Notes under the pieces: generated by a model | Seen by the model: the letters and a program-made list of their open reading frames with translations, nothing else | Told to the model about the DNA's origin: nothing | Database searches by the model: none | Shown: one piece after another, positions 24,356-37,392 of the stretch | Numbering within the stretch: the stretch's first letter is position 1 | Layout of the letters: the number at the start of each line of letters is the position of its first letter | Made by a program: the position numbers and the translations under genes | Assembly (NCBI GenBank): GCA_964016885.1 | Contig: OZ024740.1 | Span: 288,920,001-288,984,000 of the forward strand | DNA from: Eledone cirrhosa | Lineage: Eukaryota | Length of the DNA stretch: 64,000 nucleotides | Direction of reading: 5' to 3'

Positions 24356-25604
24356 TCCAGTTGAATCCAGTTCTACACTGTAAACGTGGTTGGTGTTAGG
24401 ATGGACATCCAGCTGTAAAATACCCAGCCAAATTTACAGTCCATGCCGGAGCAAGGTGCAATACATGGCCAACCCTGGCCAGACTTGCCTCCCAGTGTGG
24501 ACGACCCGTCTAACCCATGCAAGCGTGGAAAAATTGACGTTAAACAGAAATGGTGATGACGATGATGAAATTAGCATTTTAATATTACCTTTTTTTTAAA
24601 TTGATATCCACAAAAATTTCCCTTGTTCATAACATATTATGGTCTCCTTCAGTTTGGCCTACAAAAAGCACCTTTTCTCATAGATCTGCAAATAATTCTC
24701 ACAGTGACAATACTGTACAGCATATTGAACATTTTGAAGTAAAATACAAAATATGACTTTTCTGAAATTGTCAACTGTAATTAGTCCTTAAATCTGGCCT
24801 TTTGTCATGGAGTCTCTTTATGTCATTTGATTAACATTATAAGAATACTAATGAAAAACTAACAAGAATACATTAAATTATTTTTAAATTAATTAAATTT
24901 GTAGCTATGCTATTTTAAAATTAGCTAGAAATAAGTTAAATTGTTTATTTTGGGTTGAGTCATTGCATTGTGAGTAAAAGTAGATTGATTGAAATTATTT
25001 GGGAGCCTGCTGGATGGACTGTAATTCAAATGGCCAGCCTTGTCAAACACTGTCATGTTGACCCTCCTTGCGGATCACATTAAAAGTACATTTGTTGAAT
25101 GCCCAGCCACTTTATGTTAATTTCATGATCAAGCTGTCCTGTTGATTGAACAACTGGACTACCCATCATTAAAACTTATGGCAGTCCATTTCATATCTAT
25201 ATTTATTTCTATTTATCCATCAATTTAATTAAGCAAATTATTTAAAACACTAATTCTGTTTTCAAGATACATCACAATCCATGTTATGACATGAAACTTT
25301 TGAGAATAATTAACCTAGAGTTAGGTTCATTTAATTATTATAGTCGATGATTGTTGTAAATATAATTATATTATTTTGATGGTGGACTACATTTGTTTGA
25401 TACTTATCGGTTAATCTAAGCCTGTAGGGTTTTCTGTTATTCATGACATTTTAACCACACTATAATAAACTTATTAATCTAGATTATACATTTACCTTTG
25501 ATAAAGCTGGATTATTGGAGTTTCATCCAGTGCATATCTCTATTTATATATGCATATTTATATGCGTGCATGCACACATACACACACAAACATGTATGTA
25601 TGTG

Positions 25605-25873
25605 TAGTGCTGGCACCATGATAAAAAGCACCCAGTTCACCCTGTAAAGGGGTAGTGCTGGTGCCACAACAAAAACCACCTAGTCCACCCTGTAGGGTGG
25701 TAGTGATGGGGTCACAAAAAAGACTCCCAGTACATTCTCTAATGTGGTTGGTGTTAAGAAAGGCATCCTATTGTAGAAACTGAGCCCAAAATGGACCTAT
25801 CTAGTCTCAGAACATGATAGCCCATCTAACCCATGCAAGCATGGAAAATTGACATAAAACTGTGATGATGATG
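25605..25873 (+). mobile_element. RTE-related SINE with a triplicated 5' monomer
   Basis: Three TAGTGCTGGTGCCAC..AAAAGCACCCAGT..CACCCTGTA-type units, then the core and (GAT)n tail. Confidence 0.8.
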
Positions 25874-26586
25874 AATCCCACCTTTGAATTGATCAAGGAG
25901 TGGTTGATAAAAATAGATGTTTTTGTTTATTCGTCCCATGTTTCATTTTTTTCTGTTCGCAACTTTGTTATTGAGGGTGGACAATGTATAGTTTTGTTAG
26001 TCTCGTCAGTTGGTTTGGTTCTCTGAATATAATAATTATGCTTGAAATAGGTGTTCCTTTCGATTGATAATTGTTTAAATAAATAAACAATTAGTTTCAA
26101 TTCTTTTTGTATTTACCTGAAGAATAATTTAAATGAAGTGTGTCTGTGAAACATATTCATATACACCAAGTCCGAACACAAAGGAACCAAACTTTCACTA
26201 TCACTGCCTCCGTCTCACCCTCTTACCCCATCTCTCACTATTATGAACAATTGGGGGCCCATGTGCTGGCCACCCCGCAGCCCCAGCGGACTGGCTGCCC
26301 CTCGGCCCCGGCAGACAATAGAGAAAGCGTTTCCCAGGAGGATGGTGAGAGAGACACGCTGGAAGAGCCATTCCAGCTCGAAACTTTGTTATTTATCACT
26401 AGTCTAATGCTACACACTTCTTCTTTGATTAACTTCCTGTTTACTTACCCCTTTCTCTTCTTCTCTCTTCCTGTTCTCTGCTTACTGACACATGTTCAGC
26501 TACTAATCCCAGGGTGTGACTGATGAAGAAGTTAGATGCTTTTGTTCAATTGTCCCATGTGTTTTGTTTTGCCACATGCAACTTTG

Positions 26587-26587
<1 letters not shown>

Positions 26588-26654
<67 letters not shown>
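26588..26654. repeat. (TA)n microsatellite
   Basis: Read directly. It abuts the RTE B tail. Confidence 0.95.
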
Positions 26655-26656
<2 letters not shown>

Positions 26657-29600
26657 TCATCATCATCATCATCATACGTCCGCTTTTCCCTGCTTGCAAG
26701 GGTGGGACGGGTGTTATTCAGCACAGCATCTCTCCACTCGTCACGGTCCCTCGTCATCTCCACCGTGAGCTTCAATGATCTGAGGTCTGTTCTCACCACC
26801 TCCGCCCATGTTTTTCGTGGTCTACCTCTACCACGTCTTCCTTCAACTGGCATTTCCTGGCACTTCTTCACCCATCGGTCATCCTCCATGCGCATCACAT
26901 GTCCATACCACCTCAGTCTCCTCTCCCGTACACTACATTCTATCCCTCTCAGACACAGTTTCTCTCTCAACACATTTATGCTGGGTCGTTCACGCACATT
27001 TACACTGCACATCCAACGGAGCATGCTTGCCTCATTTCTCGCTACCATGCAGCATCGCGCTCCTCACACAGGCATCATACAACCGGCCTTTCGTACGCAG
27101 GGAGAAACCCTTCTTCGTCAACAGAGGAAGCAGCTCCCTAAACTTCTTCCAACCCGTCCTTATTCTAGATACTATGGCCTCGGAACACCCTCCTCCCATG
27201 CTAATCTGATCTCCTAGGTACCGGAAGCTATCCACCACTTCTATAGCGCCCTCTTGCATTTGAAAAATGTGTCTATCAGTGCGACTTCTACTGTCTAATT
27301 TCCCTGTACATCTACTGCATACATATTTCTCCCTACCTGTTAGTTTGCCTGCTATCCCGCTACATCTCTTGTGTACCCAGGATCTGCATTGTGTGCATTT
27401 TATAGAATTTATGCCAGTTCCTTTTCTGCATATCGAACATGGCCATTTCCCTGATGGAATCAGGGTTTTGTCCTCTTTTCTACTCATCAACACTTTTGTC
27501 TTAGCTAGATTCACTCTCAGTCCTCTTGCTTCCAACTGCTGTTTCCATAGCCAGAATTTATTCTCTAGCTCCTCTACTGATTCTGCTATAAGAACCAGAT
27601 CGTCAGCATAGAGAAGTTCCCGTGGACAGCCAGTCATAAACTCCTCTGTTATGGCTTGGAGGACTATAATGAACAAGAGCGGGCTGAGGACCGAACCCTG
27701 ATGTACTCCTACTTTTATCTGGAATTCCTCACTAAACACCATTCCTACCCTGACTTTACTGAGAGTACCTCTGTACAAAGTTTGCACTGTCCTCACAAGC
27801 CATTCCTCAACACCTAGCTTCCTTAGGGACCACCAGATGACAGATCGGGGTACCCTATCAAAGACCTTCTCTAGGTCAACAAAGGCTAAGTATAGTGGCT
27901 TATTCTTCTCTAAGAACCTCTCTTGCATTTGTCTCACCAAGAAGAGGGCATCTGTTGTACTCTTCCCAGGCACAAAACCAAACTGCATCTCATCTAGTTT
28001 GACCCTTTCTCTAATTAGTTGTGCTAAAATCCTTTCTGCCACTTTCATAACCTGATCTATCAGTTTTATACCCCTATAATTGCTCCTCTCCAAAGCATCC
28101 CCTTTACCTTTGTAGCAATTTATGAGAATACTGCTGCACCAGTCTTTGGGTATGACACCACCATATATAGCCTGATTGATGATGCGTGCAACCAGTTTAG
28201 TGCCTACGTCCCCTGATGCCTTCAGCATCTCAGCAACTATTCCCGATGGTCCGGCCGCCTTACCATTTTTCATTTCCCTAATCGCCTCTTGGACCCTATA
28301 TTCATCAATCTCAATAGCTGGTCCCTCTGTCGGATCTACCAAGGGTAGTTTCTCTCTCTCCCATTCGTTCTCCACATTCATCAGTCTCTCATAATGACAT
28401 TTCCAGGCCTCCTTTTTCTGATCATTCGTGACACTAAGTACACCGGCATCATCCCGGACACATTTATCTCCAACAACATCCTGATTTGCATTGACACACT
28501 GCCTTGCAATGTGGAACACCGCACGCCTCTGATCTTCCCGTCGCAGAACATTGGCAAACCTTCTACTCTCTGCCTCCCTGCGTGCTAAGTACACCTGACG
28601 TCTAGCTTCTCTCTTAGTGGCTGTATATTCTTCCCTACTCCCACACTTTTTCCAAGCCTTCCATGCTAGTCTTTTGTCTCTAATAGCCTTATCTACTGTG
28701 CTGTTCCACCACCAGGTCACTCTCTGTCTGGTTGGAGCTCTGCTCCAGCCACAGGTTTCATCAGTAGCCTGCAGCAAGTTGTCACGTAAGAACTTCCAGT
28801 TATTATCTATGTCATACGTCTCTAAATCGTCTTCTTTTTCGTCATATACATCTTGAAGGGCTTTCCTAAATTTGTATTTTAGTGAAAGGTCTTTTAGCTT
28901 CCAGACCTTTCTTCTCCACACCTTCCTATATGTCTCATTCCATCTCTTGCTTACTGAGATATCACTAACAACTAACCTATGCTGTGGGATACATTCTTCC
29001 CCAGGGTATGCCTTGGTATTAGACACTATCTGCCTGTCCCGCTGCCTAACTAGCAGGAAGTCAATCTGGCTTATGTGCTCACCAGATTTGTAGGTTATTA
29101 GGTGATTGGCAGGTTTCTGGAAGTTTGTGTTGCAAATAGTCAATGTACTCGCATCACAAAATTCAAGAAGTCTCACTCCTTCTTCATTTCTTGAACCGTA
29201 ACCGTGCCCACCATGTACCCCAGTGTAACCATCCTGGAGCTGTCCAACATGACCATTGAAGTCTCCTGCTAGCATAACGATGTCTCCGTCCTCTGTCATT
29301 GTGGTTGTTTGCAAAAGTTGCTCATAAAAGCAGTCTTTCTCATCTTTGCCTAGGCCTGCTTGGGGAGCATAGACCGAGATGATTGTCAGTAGTCTCCTAC
29401 CTACAACTAATCTAAGCTTAATTATTCGATTACTAACTCGAACTACCTCTATTGTCTTATTGATCCATTTCTCAGCCAGGAAAATGCCTACTCCCCCTAG
29501 CCCATCATCCTTACCTACCCAGAATAGCTTATAGCTAAGATGTTTGCCTACGACTAGTCTCGCAGAGGCACCTCTCCATCTCACCTCTTGCACGCAGCAC

Positions 29601-29893
29601 ACATCGACCTGCCTTCTCTCCAGCATCTCCGCTATTTCAGCAGATCTACCTCTGAGAGTGCCAACATTAAGTGTTGCAACTCTGAGATGCGACGTCTTCA
29701 TATTTTGTTGTTGTCCCTATTTGTTGCTGTGCTGATAAGCGTTTTGGCATTGATACACTGGTTGGATGCCCTTCCTAACACCAGCGCCACTTTACAGCAT
29801 GGACTGGGTGCTTTTATTTGTGCCACCAGCACTAGAGAGGATGTCTTACTAGACTCAAGGGCCCTCTCTACCCCTTCATTTTACAGCATGGTC

Positions 29894-29896
<3 letters not shown>
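26653..29896 (-). mobile_element. RTE LINE family B, near full length (APE endonuclease, RT, internal C4HC3 finger)
   Basis: 889-aa ORF 27032-29701: ATLNVGTL, VQEVRW, SVYAPQ, GDFNGHVG, SQIDF, RT YADD. The C-terminus continues in another frame (26587-27048). (GAT)n tail. 5' end approximate. Confidence 0.95.
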
Positions 29897-29929
<33 letters not shown>

Positions 29930-30219
29930 ATTGACACGACGCACACACAAACACTCACACACCAATACTCATGCATACAAACCACAACCACACACACACC
30001 ACTCACATACCAACACTCATTCATGCATACAATCACACACACCACTCACAAACACATATATATACATATATTACCGACAGTACTGATACAAAATCAAAAT
30101 CAAAATCATCAAAATCAAAATCAAAATCACTATCATGTCAACTGTTGACCTTTCCCAGTCCAGTTCAGCTTGTATATAATAATAATAATAATAATAATAT
30201 ATATATATATATATATATA

Positions 30220-30435
30220 ATGATTTCATATGAATGGAACAGTTCTAGTCCTGTAAAAGTCATTTCTATATAAACTAAAGATATGTATATATGTATATAT
30301 GTATATATCTTTATTTTATATAGAAATGACTTTTACAGGATTGGAACTGTTTCATTCATATGAAATTATCATGATTTCATATGACTGAAACAATTTTAGT
30401 CCTGTAGCAGTCATATCTATAGAAAATAATAATAT
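30220..30435. repeat. Three units of about 65 bp arranged direct-inverted-direct
   Basis: ATGATTTCATATGAATGGAACAGTTCTAGTCCTGTAAAAGTCATTTCTATA, then its reverse complement, then a third direct copy. Confidence 0.85.
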
Positions 30436-31129
30436 ACATACACTGTATGTATATATATGCATACACACGCACACACATGCATACATATAAGTGTATGTTT
30501 GTATATGTCTGAAATGTTAGACTCATTTCCTACTATATCAAGAATTAAACTAATATATTTCTTCATTGTACTGTCATTTGCTTTGTTATTTCTGTTTACT
30601 TTTTACATACATATATATATGTGTGTGTGTGAATTGTCAGATATTAATTATGTTTGAGAACAAAATGTCCAATATGTTGTTAGAATTATTGTTTCACTCT
30701 CTCATTGTCTAAATATCAGTAAATATAGATCAATGATAAACAATATCACTTTCACAACTTGTGACACACCAAATCAATAAATCTATATGAAACATATTAT
30801 TGAAACTTTCGTCTTCTATAACAAGGCTAGTTGTATAAATGTTAATTGTTCAGTGTAAGAAGGTCAGTTGATACTTTATGTATATGTTATTAGAAGAATA
30901 TATAATGTAAGACTTTGATACATTAAGTCATATAAATGGAAAATATCATTTATTGATTCAGCCCTTGCTAGCAGGGAAAACGGATGTTAAATGATGATGA
31001 TCCATTTATCTTTTGTTTTTCTTAACTTAAGCAGCATAGATCCTTTTTGTAAATGAAATACATAGTTGAATGGCAATTTAATAATCTTTGGGAGATGAAA
31101 GTAATCTTTTGAAAGATTTGAACTCACAA

Positions 31130-31530
31130 ACCTTCTTTGCCCACTTATTCCTGAGGGGATCATGGGGGCAGAGTCCTCAAGCACGCCTCCATGCAAGTCC
31201 TGTCAGAAGCAAGTGCCTCTAATTGATCTGGTTGGGCCCCCCAAGTGAGATCAGCTGAGCCTATGGATGTTATCCAACCATCTTGCTTGGTGTCTACCTG
31301 AGATATTCTGATCACATGTCCATAGTATCGGAGCTGTCATCTCTCAATTTGGAGAAGTAGCTGCTCTACTAGGAGCAACTCTCTATTCTTTGAGCTATGC
31401 ACTCTGTTGAGTAATGTTACTCTAAGGACTTTAGGAGGAACCCCATATTAACCATTTGTATCCGTGATCATATTCTTTTGGTCATTAACCAAGATTCATG
31501 ATCATAGGTAAGGGCAAGCATGAATACTGA
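31130..31530 (-). mobile_element. RTE 3' remnant, same family as 1-690
   Basis: Reverse match to CAGCTCCGATACTATGG and CATGAATCTTGG. Confidence 0.75.
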
Positions 31531-33029
31531 TGTAGCAAATCAATTACAAAATCTTATGTATGACTGTAAAGAATCTAATATAGATTGTGTGTAAACACTG
31601 GTAAGACAGGGAATGGAGAACAACAATAATTTGGGAGGAATTTTGTTGTGCTGAGTGGAATTGGATACGGAACCATTTTTATTTAGAGGTAACAGGTAGG
31701 AATATTCTGGTAAGTTAATAGAAGGCCTCTTGGCCAGGGACCAGGCCTTCTGCAGTGAGTATGATATGCACGTGTATCTTTTACTTTTGTGATGGTCACC
31801 TTGCAGGTGTTGTGGAGGTGGTTAAATGTTTCTTTGTTGATGATACTGGATAATTTCCTTCAAGTGTTGTATGCATTATACTTTTATACAGCTGGAGAAA
31901 AGTTCTGAATGAATGATGGAGATTTTGGAGTTGTGGGAGGAATATACCTAGGAGGATTTTGTTTATTTACTATTTAGTCAGGGTAGGTAGGGCAGTGCTT
32001 ATGATTTTTTTCATGGCCTCCAAGATTGCCAGGAGGGAAGGTTTAAGGTAACTTCAAACTGGAGACCTGGTATGAATGCTTGCAACAGAATGGACTCCAC
32101 TAAAGGCACCTAAATCCAGGTTATGGTGTTAAACAAGGTAACTGATTATGACTACCACCCAAGTAGTCAATAACACAAAGAGCTAAAATAAGACAAGGCA
32201 TCTTGTCTGATCCTCCAATAATTCCACCAGTCTATTGCTCTGGACTAGTAACTATTTTATCGACTCCAAAAATATTAAAGGTAAAGTTGAGTTAGGGGGT
32301 GGGGGATTTGAACTCAGAACACAGTTTCTACTTTTGGCACAAGGCCAGCAATTACTCCAGTGCATTACTGGTGCTTTTATTGTTATCGACCGTGTAAGGA
32401 TGAAAGGCAAAGCTAACCTTGGCAGGATTTGAACTCAGAATGCAATGGGCCATAACTCTGTGCTGCAAAATATGGTGTCTGACGCTCTACTGATATTGCC
32501 AATCCACTGCCCTAGATAGAACAAATATTGTAATGCTTTTTGTCGTATGCTCTAACAAAGTAGTATATTGAGAGTCTCTGTTATCCTCAAACCAAAGGTT
32601 TGGTCCAATTGTTTCCTTGAGATGAAACTCTATTATAGACATCCAATTGCTAGCAAGTGGTATTACACCAGCCCTTGTTTGAAAAAGGGCTGTGTTATAT
32701 AGTGGCACCAACTCTTGAGAGATTATCTTTATAGGATTCATTATAGGGCTCAAGCTAGACACTCACATATTTAACCAATAATACGCAACATTCATTCAGA
32801 TATAATACACACTTTTTTCTTACTTTTGAACCTAAAAATTAGAGGTGTGCATTATACATAAGAACTAAACTATTGTAATTGTGTGGCCATAATCAGGATA
32901 ACTTTTTTTTAGTGAGAATTTTTATAAATTGAAACACAGAATTAAACATTTTTATAACCTAAAAGAAAATATTTTAAGTCACTCCACCCAATGTTGAGTA
33001 TGTAATTCTGTGGGATAATAAATTATAAT

Positions 33030-33870
33030 GAAATAATGAAATTATTGTGTACAGTGCTCAGGTGCACTACAACTCATCAAAGGTGCATGTATAGTACATA
33101 GAATAATGTTCAAATGTCAGGAAAATGAACAGTGTATGAGTCATGAAATACATGTGTGCGTGTGTATGAAGGGAGGATATCAGGTGTAGTGATGGCGAAT
33201 TTCAGGAAGCATGGAGGTTTTAAAGGATGCACGTGCATATCATACTCACTGCAGAAGGCCTGGTCCCTTGCCAACTTGACAGCTAACAACTGATGCAGGT
33301 AGTTTGCTCCATGCTTCAGCAACTCTGAGCGTGAAAAAATGTTTCCGAAAGTCATGGGAGCTGTGCTGTTTTCTGACTTTGTAGGCATGTCCACATGTGT
33401 TAGATACATGGAAATCAAAAAGGTGCTCAGGGTTGTTGTTGGCAAGATGGTTAATAATTTTGTGGGTGTTTACCAAGTCAGTTACCAGATGTCAGAGCTT
33501 CAATGTATCGATGCCCAGGGAAGCAAAGCATTCAGAGTATGGTAGATGCCTGATGGAGGGTATTCGCGTGGTTGCACGTCTCTGAACAGTTTCCAGGAGG
33601 TCAATGTTCTGAGCAAGATAGGGGTTCCAGACTGGTGATGCAAATTCTAAGTGTGGCAGCACCATAGCTATATACAGCTTTAAATAGATAGCTGGAGAGC
33701 GGCTGACAAAGGTCTTGCTGAGTGATGCTGAGACACCCTCGGCCTTCTTGACAATTTTAGAGACATGCTTCGTCCAATGTAAATCGCTGCTGACAGTAAT
33801 GCCCAGGTCACGTTCACAAGAAGACTTCTTGATATTAGTTTTGTGAGGGAGTATGTTGACACCAAATATA
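33030..33870 (-). mobile_element. CR1-like LINE 3' fragment
   Basis: LEFASPVWNP..LETVQRRAT, CGHAYK..RKHFFTLRVAEAW. Homologous to 50350-53065(+). Confidence 0.85.
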
Positions 33871-35621
33871 GATAGTACCTATTTAGCTATATATAAATTT
33901 CTGCAATTCTGTCACACGTAAAAAGAGCGGAGTAGTTTGACTACCTCATACTATTCCTCTCTCTTTATGTCTGCTGCCTGCGTGAATGTATGTGTGTGTA
34001 AAAGGAAGGAAGGGGATGGTGAAAAAACTATGTGAGTGAGTGTATGTGTGTGTGTAAATGAAATGTATGTGTGTGTGTTTGTGAATGTATGTGTGTGTTT
34101 GTGTGAATGTATGTCTATGAGTGTGTATTTTTGTGTGTCTGTGTTTGCGCGTTCATATTTATATACTTACACATATAAATGTATCCATATGCACATACAC
34201 ACACATATATACACATACACGTAAGTGTATGGAAGAAAAACATTCTAGTAGTATAAATTTCTGGTCAGATAGAATTTAAAAATAAAAATATAAAAATCCA
34301 TTTCATTGCTACTTATGTCAATAACCAGTAGAGAATTGCATTTATTTGTTTGTACACATGGAAGGCTGTGTTAGATTTTAATAAACATTTATGAATTGAT
34401 TTGAATGAATTTTATTTTAAATGCTTTTATAATATCCACACAATGATTTCATGAGTCAGGCATTGCTACTTGTTTGTTAAAGCTATCAATATCAATGTGA
34501 TTTCCACTAAGTCAACATTTCAGCTGGGGCTCAATTATGGTCTATACCAGTAAAGTTTAAAAGTCACTTTCAGATTTGTTTTTTGTTTCGTTTATGAACA
34601 TTCTCAACATATTTATGCAGTGATTTTAATAAATCTAACTAAACAGTCTTTTTTCCATACATCGAATAATACCGAAGAAAAGTCTATACATATTATGCAC
34701 AAGAGATATGTTCATAATTAGAGTTGCACAATTTTCCATTGCTTACATGGATTGGATGAATCTTCCCCAGCACAGTGTCCCTCCACTTGCTGGGTTCCTT
34801 TATCTTCTTTGTGAGATTCAGCATCCTGAGATCAGCTTTCACCTCTTCTGGCAATATCTTTCCCTTAAACTAAAGAATGTTTTATTTTACAATTATTATA
34901 TTGTTCTACAGTGGCTATTGAGTATTTGTGAAACATTGATAAGTTGTCAGAGAACTGGGTTAAATTCTTTGTACTGTTTCGTTTGGTGGTACATTATTCT
35001 AAATTCACATTCTATGAGGTTGATCTTGACTTTTTCCTGGCCCATCTCTATATATGTTATGTGTATATATATCTGTGTATGTACATCAATCACTGTCATC
35101 ATTTTTCATCTGTATTTCTATGCTAGAAAGGTCTGCTCTAACACAGCATCTTTCTACTTGTTATGTTTCTTCATCACCTCCTTCATGATGTGAAGTGTCT
35201 GAGATCAGATCTCATCACTTCTTTCAACATTTTGCTTTTTACAGCTGATTTCCTATGGATCATTTGCCACTTAATTTTTCCTCAAAGTGTCATCCTTCAG
35301 AGACATCACATGCCCATACTAGCATTCACTTCTTTCTCACCTGCTACAACTGATTCGTTTGATGTTTAGTTTTTCTTTCAGTTCCTTCATCCATAAATAG
35401 TGACATTACTTATCCTGTGGTGCATGCACTTTTCATTTCATTCTAACCATTGCACATTCTCTGCATTCAGCATCTGAATCTTACTACCATGCAATATCAC
35501 ACTTTTTATACAAGTGTTATATAATTTTCAGCCACTCAAAAAGAAATATATACACACACACACAGATATATCAATGACACCTTTTTTCTTAGAGTTCTGC
35601 CATTTGTTATTTTCATTTCAG

Positions 35622-35770
35622 AGTTCATGATTGATTTTGTTATGGGAGAATGCAAGCTAGAAGAATACCTAGAGAAATATCCCCCAAGTGAGAAGAACAT
35701 TAACAAAGCTATAAGTGAACTTTCTGAAGCTGAGGCCCTTTTCAACCGAGTGATTCAAGGGGACACCAGA
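35622..35770 (+). CDS. TTC7: TTC7 coding exon 2
   Basis: Acceptor TTTCAG, phase 1 in. (E)FMIDFVMGECKLEEYLEKYPP..IQGDTR resembles TTC7B LLLGESKLEQYLKEHP. Donor GTAAGT, phase 0. Confidence 0.92.
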
Positions 35771-35854
35771 GTAAGTGTGATGGTTAAAACTATTATTTTC
35801 TCCCTCCCTATTTTTAGTTGCCTTTTATTTTCAGCTATCAGTATTTTACATAAA

Positions 35855-36223
35855 CCCTTTCATTACCATATTTCTAAAGAAAGGCACAGCCAATGATTTT
35901 CAAATAATTTTGACAGCAATAAAGAATTTGGAAGGATTTAATAAAATAACTAACTTTATCATTAAGATGGGTGTACAATTTAACTTAACAAATTTTCTTA
36001 CATAAAATTATGAATGAAGTTTTTTTAGATAAATCCTCATCAACATCACCGTTTAACATCTATCTTCCATGCTTGCATAGGTTAGACGGGTGTCACATGC
36101 TAAGGCCTGACCAGTCAGATAACTAGGTCCTGCTTGTACATTTTGTTTTAGCTTGGTTTTTAAAATATACTGTTCATTATTGTAGAACTAGGGGTACTTT
36201 CAGGCAGTTTGGTATCAAAAGGG
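35855..36223. mobile_element. piggyBac-type MITE, family 2, containing a SINE-tail insertion
   Basis: CCCTTTCATTACCA / TGGTATCAAAAGGG imperfect TIRs, with TAAA and TTAA flanks. Confidence 0.55.
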
Positions 36224-37164
36224 TTAAAAAGATTAATTCTGACTGAACATGCTTTGAGAACTAAATATACCACTAGCTATTCTTTCGACTAATAAAAATA
36301 GAGCTTCAGAACCTTATCATATTGGAGGAGCTTAAGGGTGTAGACAGATGCAATATTAGATTTAATGATGCTACTAACCTTGCCATGGATTGGAACGATT
36401 GGCAAAAGCAGATTGGCCAGTGTTTAGTGTGCAATATCTCTTATGTTGGAGGTTGCTCCTTATAGAAAGGGAAGAGGATACCAAAGAAGAAGAGCATTAT
36501 GAAGAAGCTCAATATGAATATAACACAGTGACATAATACTACTAAAATGTGTCCCTTAAGTCAAAGAATGTTTTACTTTGACAATTGGTATCTTGTTCTG
36601 AATGATTGTTGAGTATTGGTGTTGAGATTGGCAAAGTACTTTAGATTGTTAAAATTAAAGTAAATGGACTTCCATCGGTATTGATTAGTGTTTCAGTTGT
36701 CTGGTCAATGAAATAGTCAATTCAATTTTACTCACAAGGCTTCAGTTGACCTGAGGCTATAGTAAAAGACACTTGACTAAGATGTCTTATGATTGTGAAA
36801 AGAATTTAACCATTTGGTTATGCCGTCATCCATTTAGTTTGGTAGTTGTACAATAACTAGTCAACAGGCTGTGTACTTTAGGTACTGGCTTTATGACCAT
36901 CACTTAAACTGTATTACTAGTGTTATTGTGTTGTGACTATTGAAAGGATGTATAATTCTTTTTGCTTTAAGTTGACAGATTTTACCCATACTTTACAGTT
37001 TAGCTGAATTATTAGTAGTAGGCAGAGCATCTAAATGTAAACATATTTGCTCCAATCATATAAAAATGTCCAACTGTATGAAAGTCTACATGCTCAGAAT
37101 AGCTAAGGAAAATGTATGTACAACAGTTAAGAATGGAGTGGAAAGATGAGAACTATAACAAATA

Positions 37165-37343
37165 CTAGACTGCCCGTGACCCGTTTGGTCACGTTCACTT
37201 AAAAATATTTTTTGTAAATCATGTTCACTTAAAAATAATTTTTAAATAATTAGAATATACACAGACATGTGAAATGAAACTGAAAGGCCCATATATATAT
37301 ATATATATATATATATGCATGTGTGTATGTACATATATATAAA

Positions 37344-37392
<49 letters not shown>

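Noticed and set aside
26251-26330. HDV-like ribozyme
   Set aside because: Partial P1/P3-like pairings exist, but P1.1, P2 and the catalytic C strand could not be assigned.
26515-26545. Functional hammerhead at CTGATGAAG
   Set aside because: Stem II and GAAA are missing; at most a decayed Penelope end.
26516-27217. 233-aa and other + strand ORFs over RTE copies
   Set aside because: Antisense shadows of RTE ORFs plus microsatellite translation.
31570-32130. Penelope RT remnant on the minus strand
   Set aside because: Only a faint FYLLP-like trace; too decayed to support.
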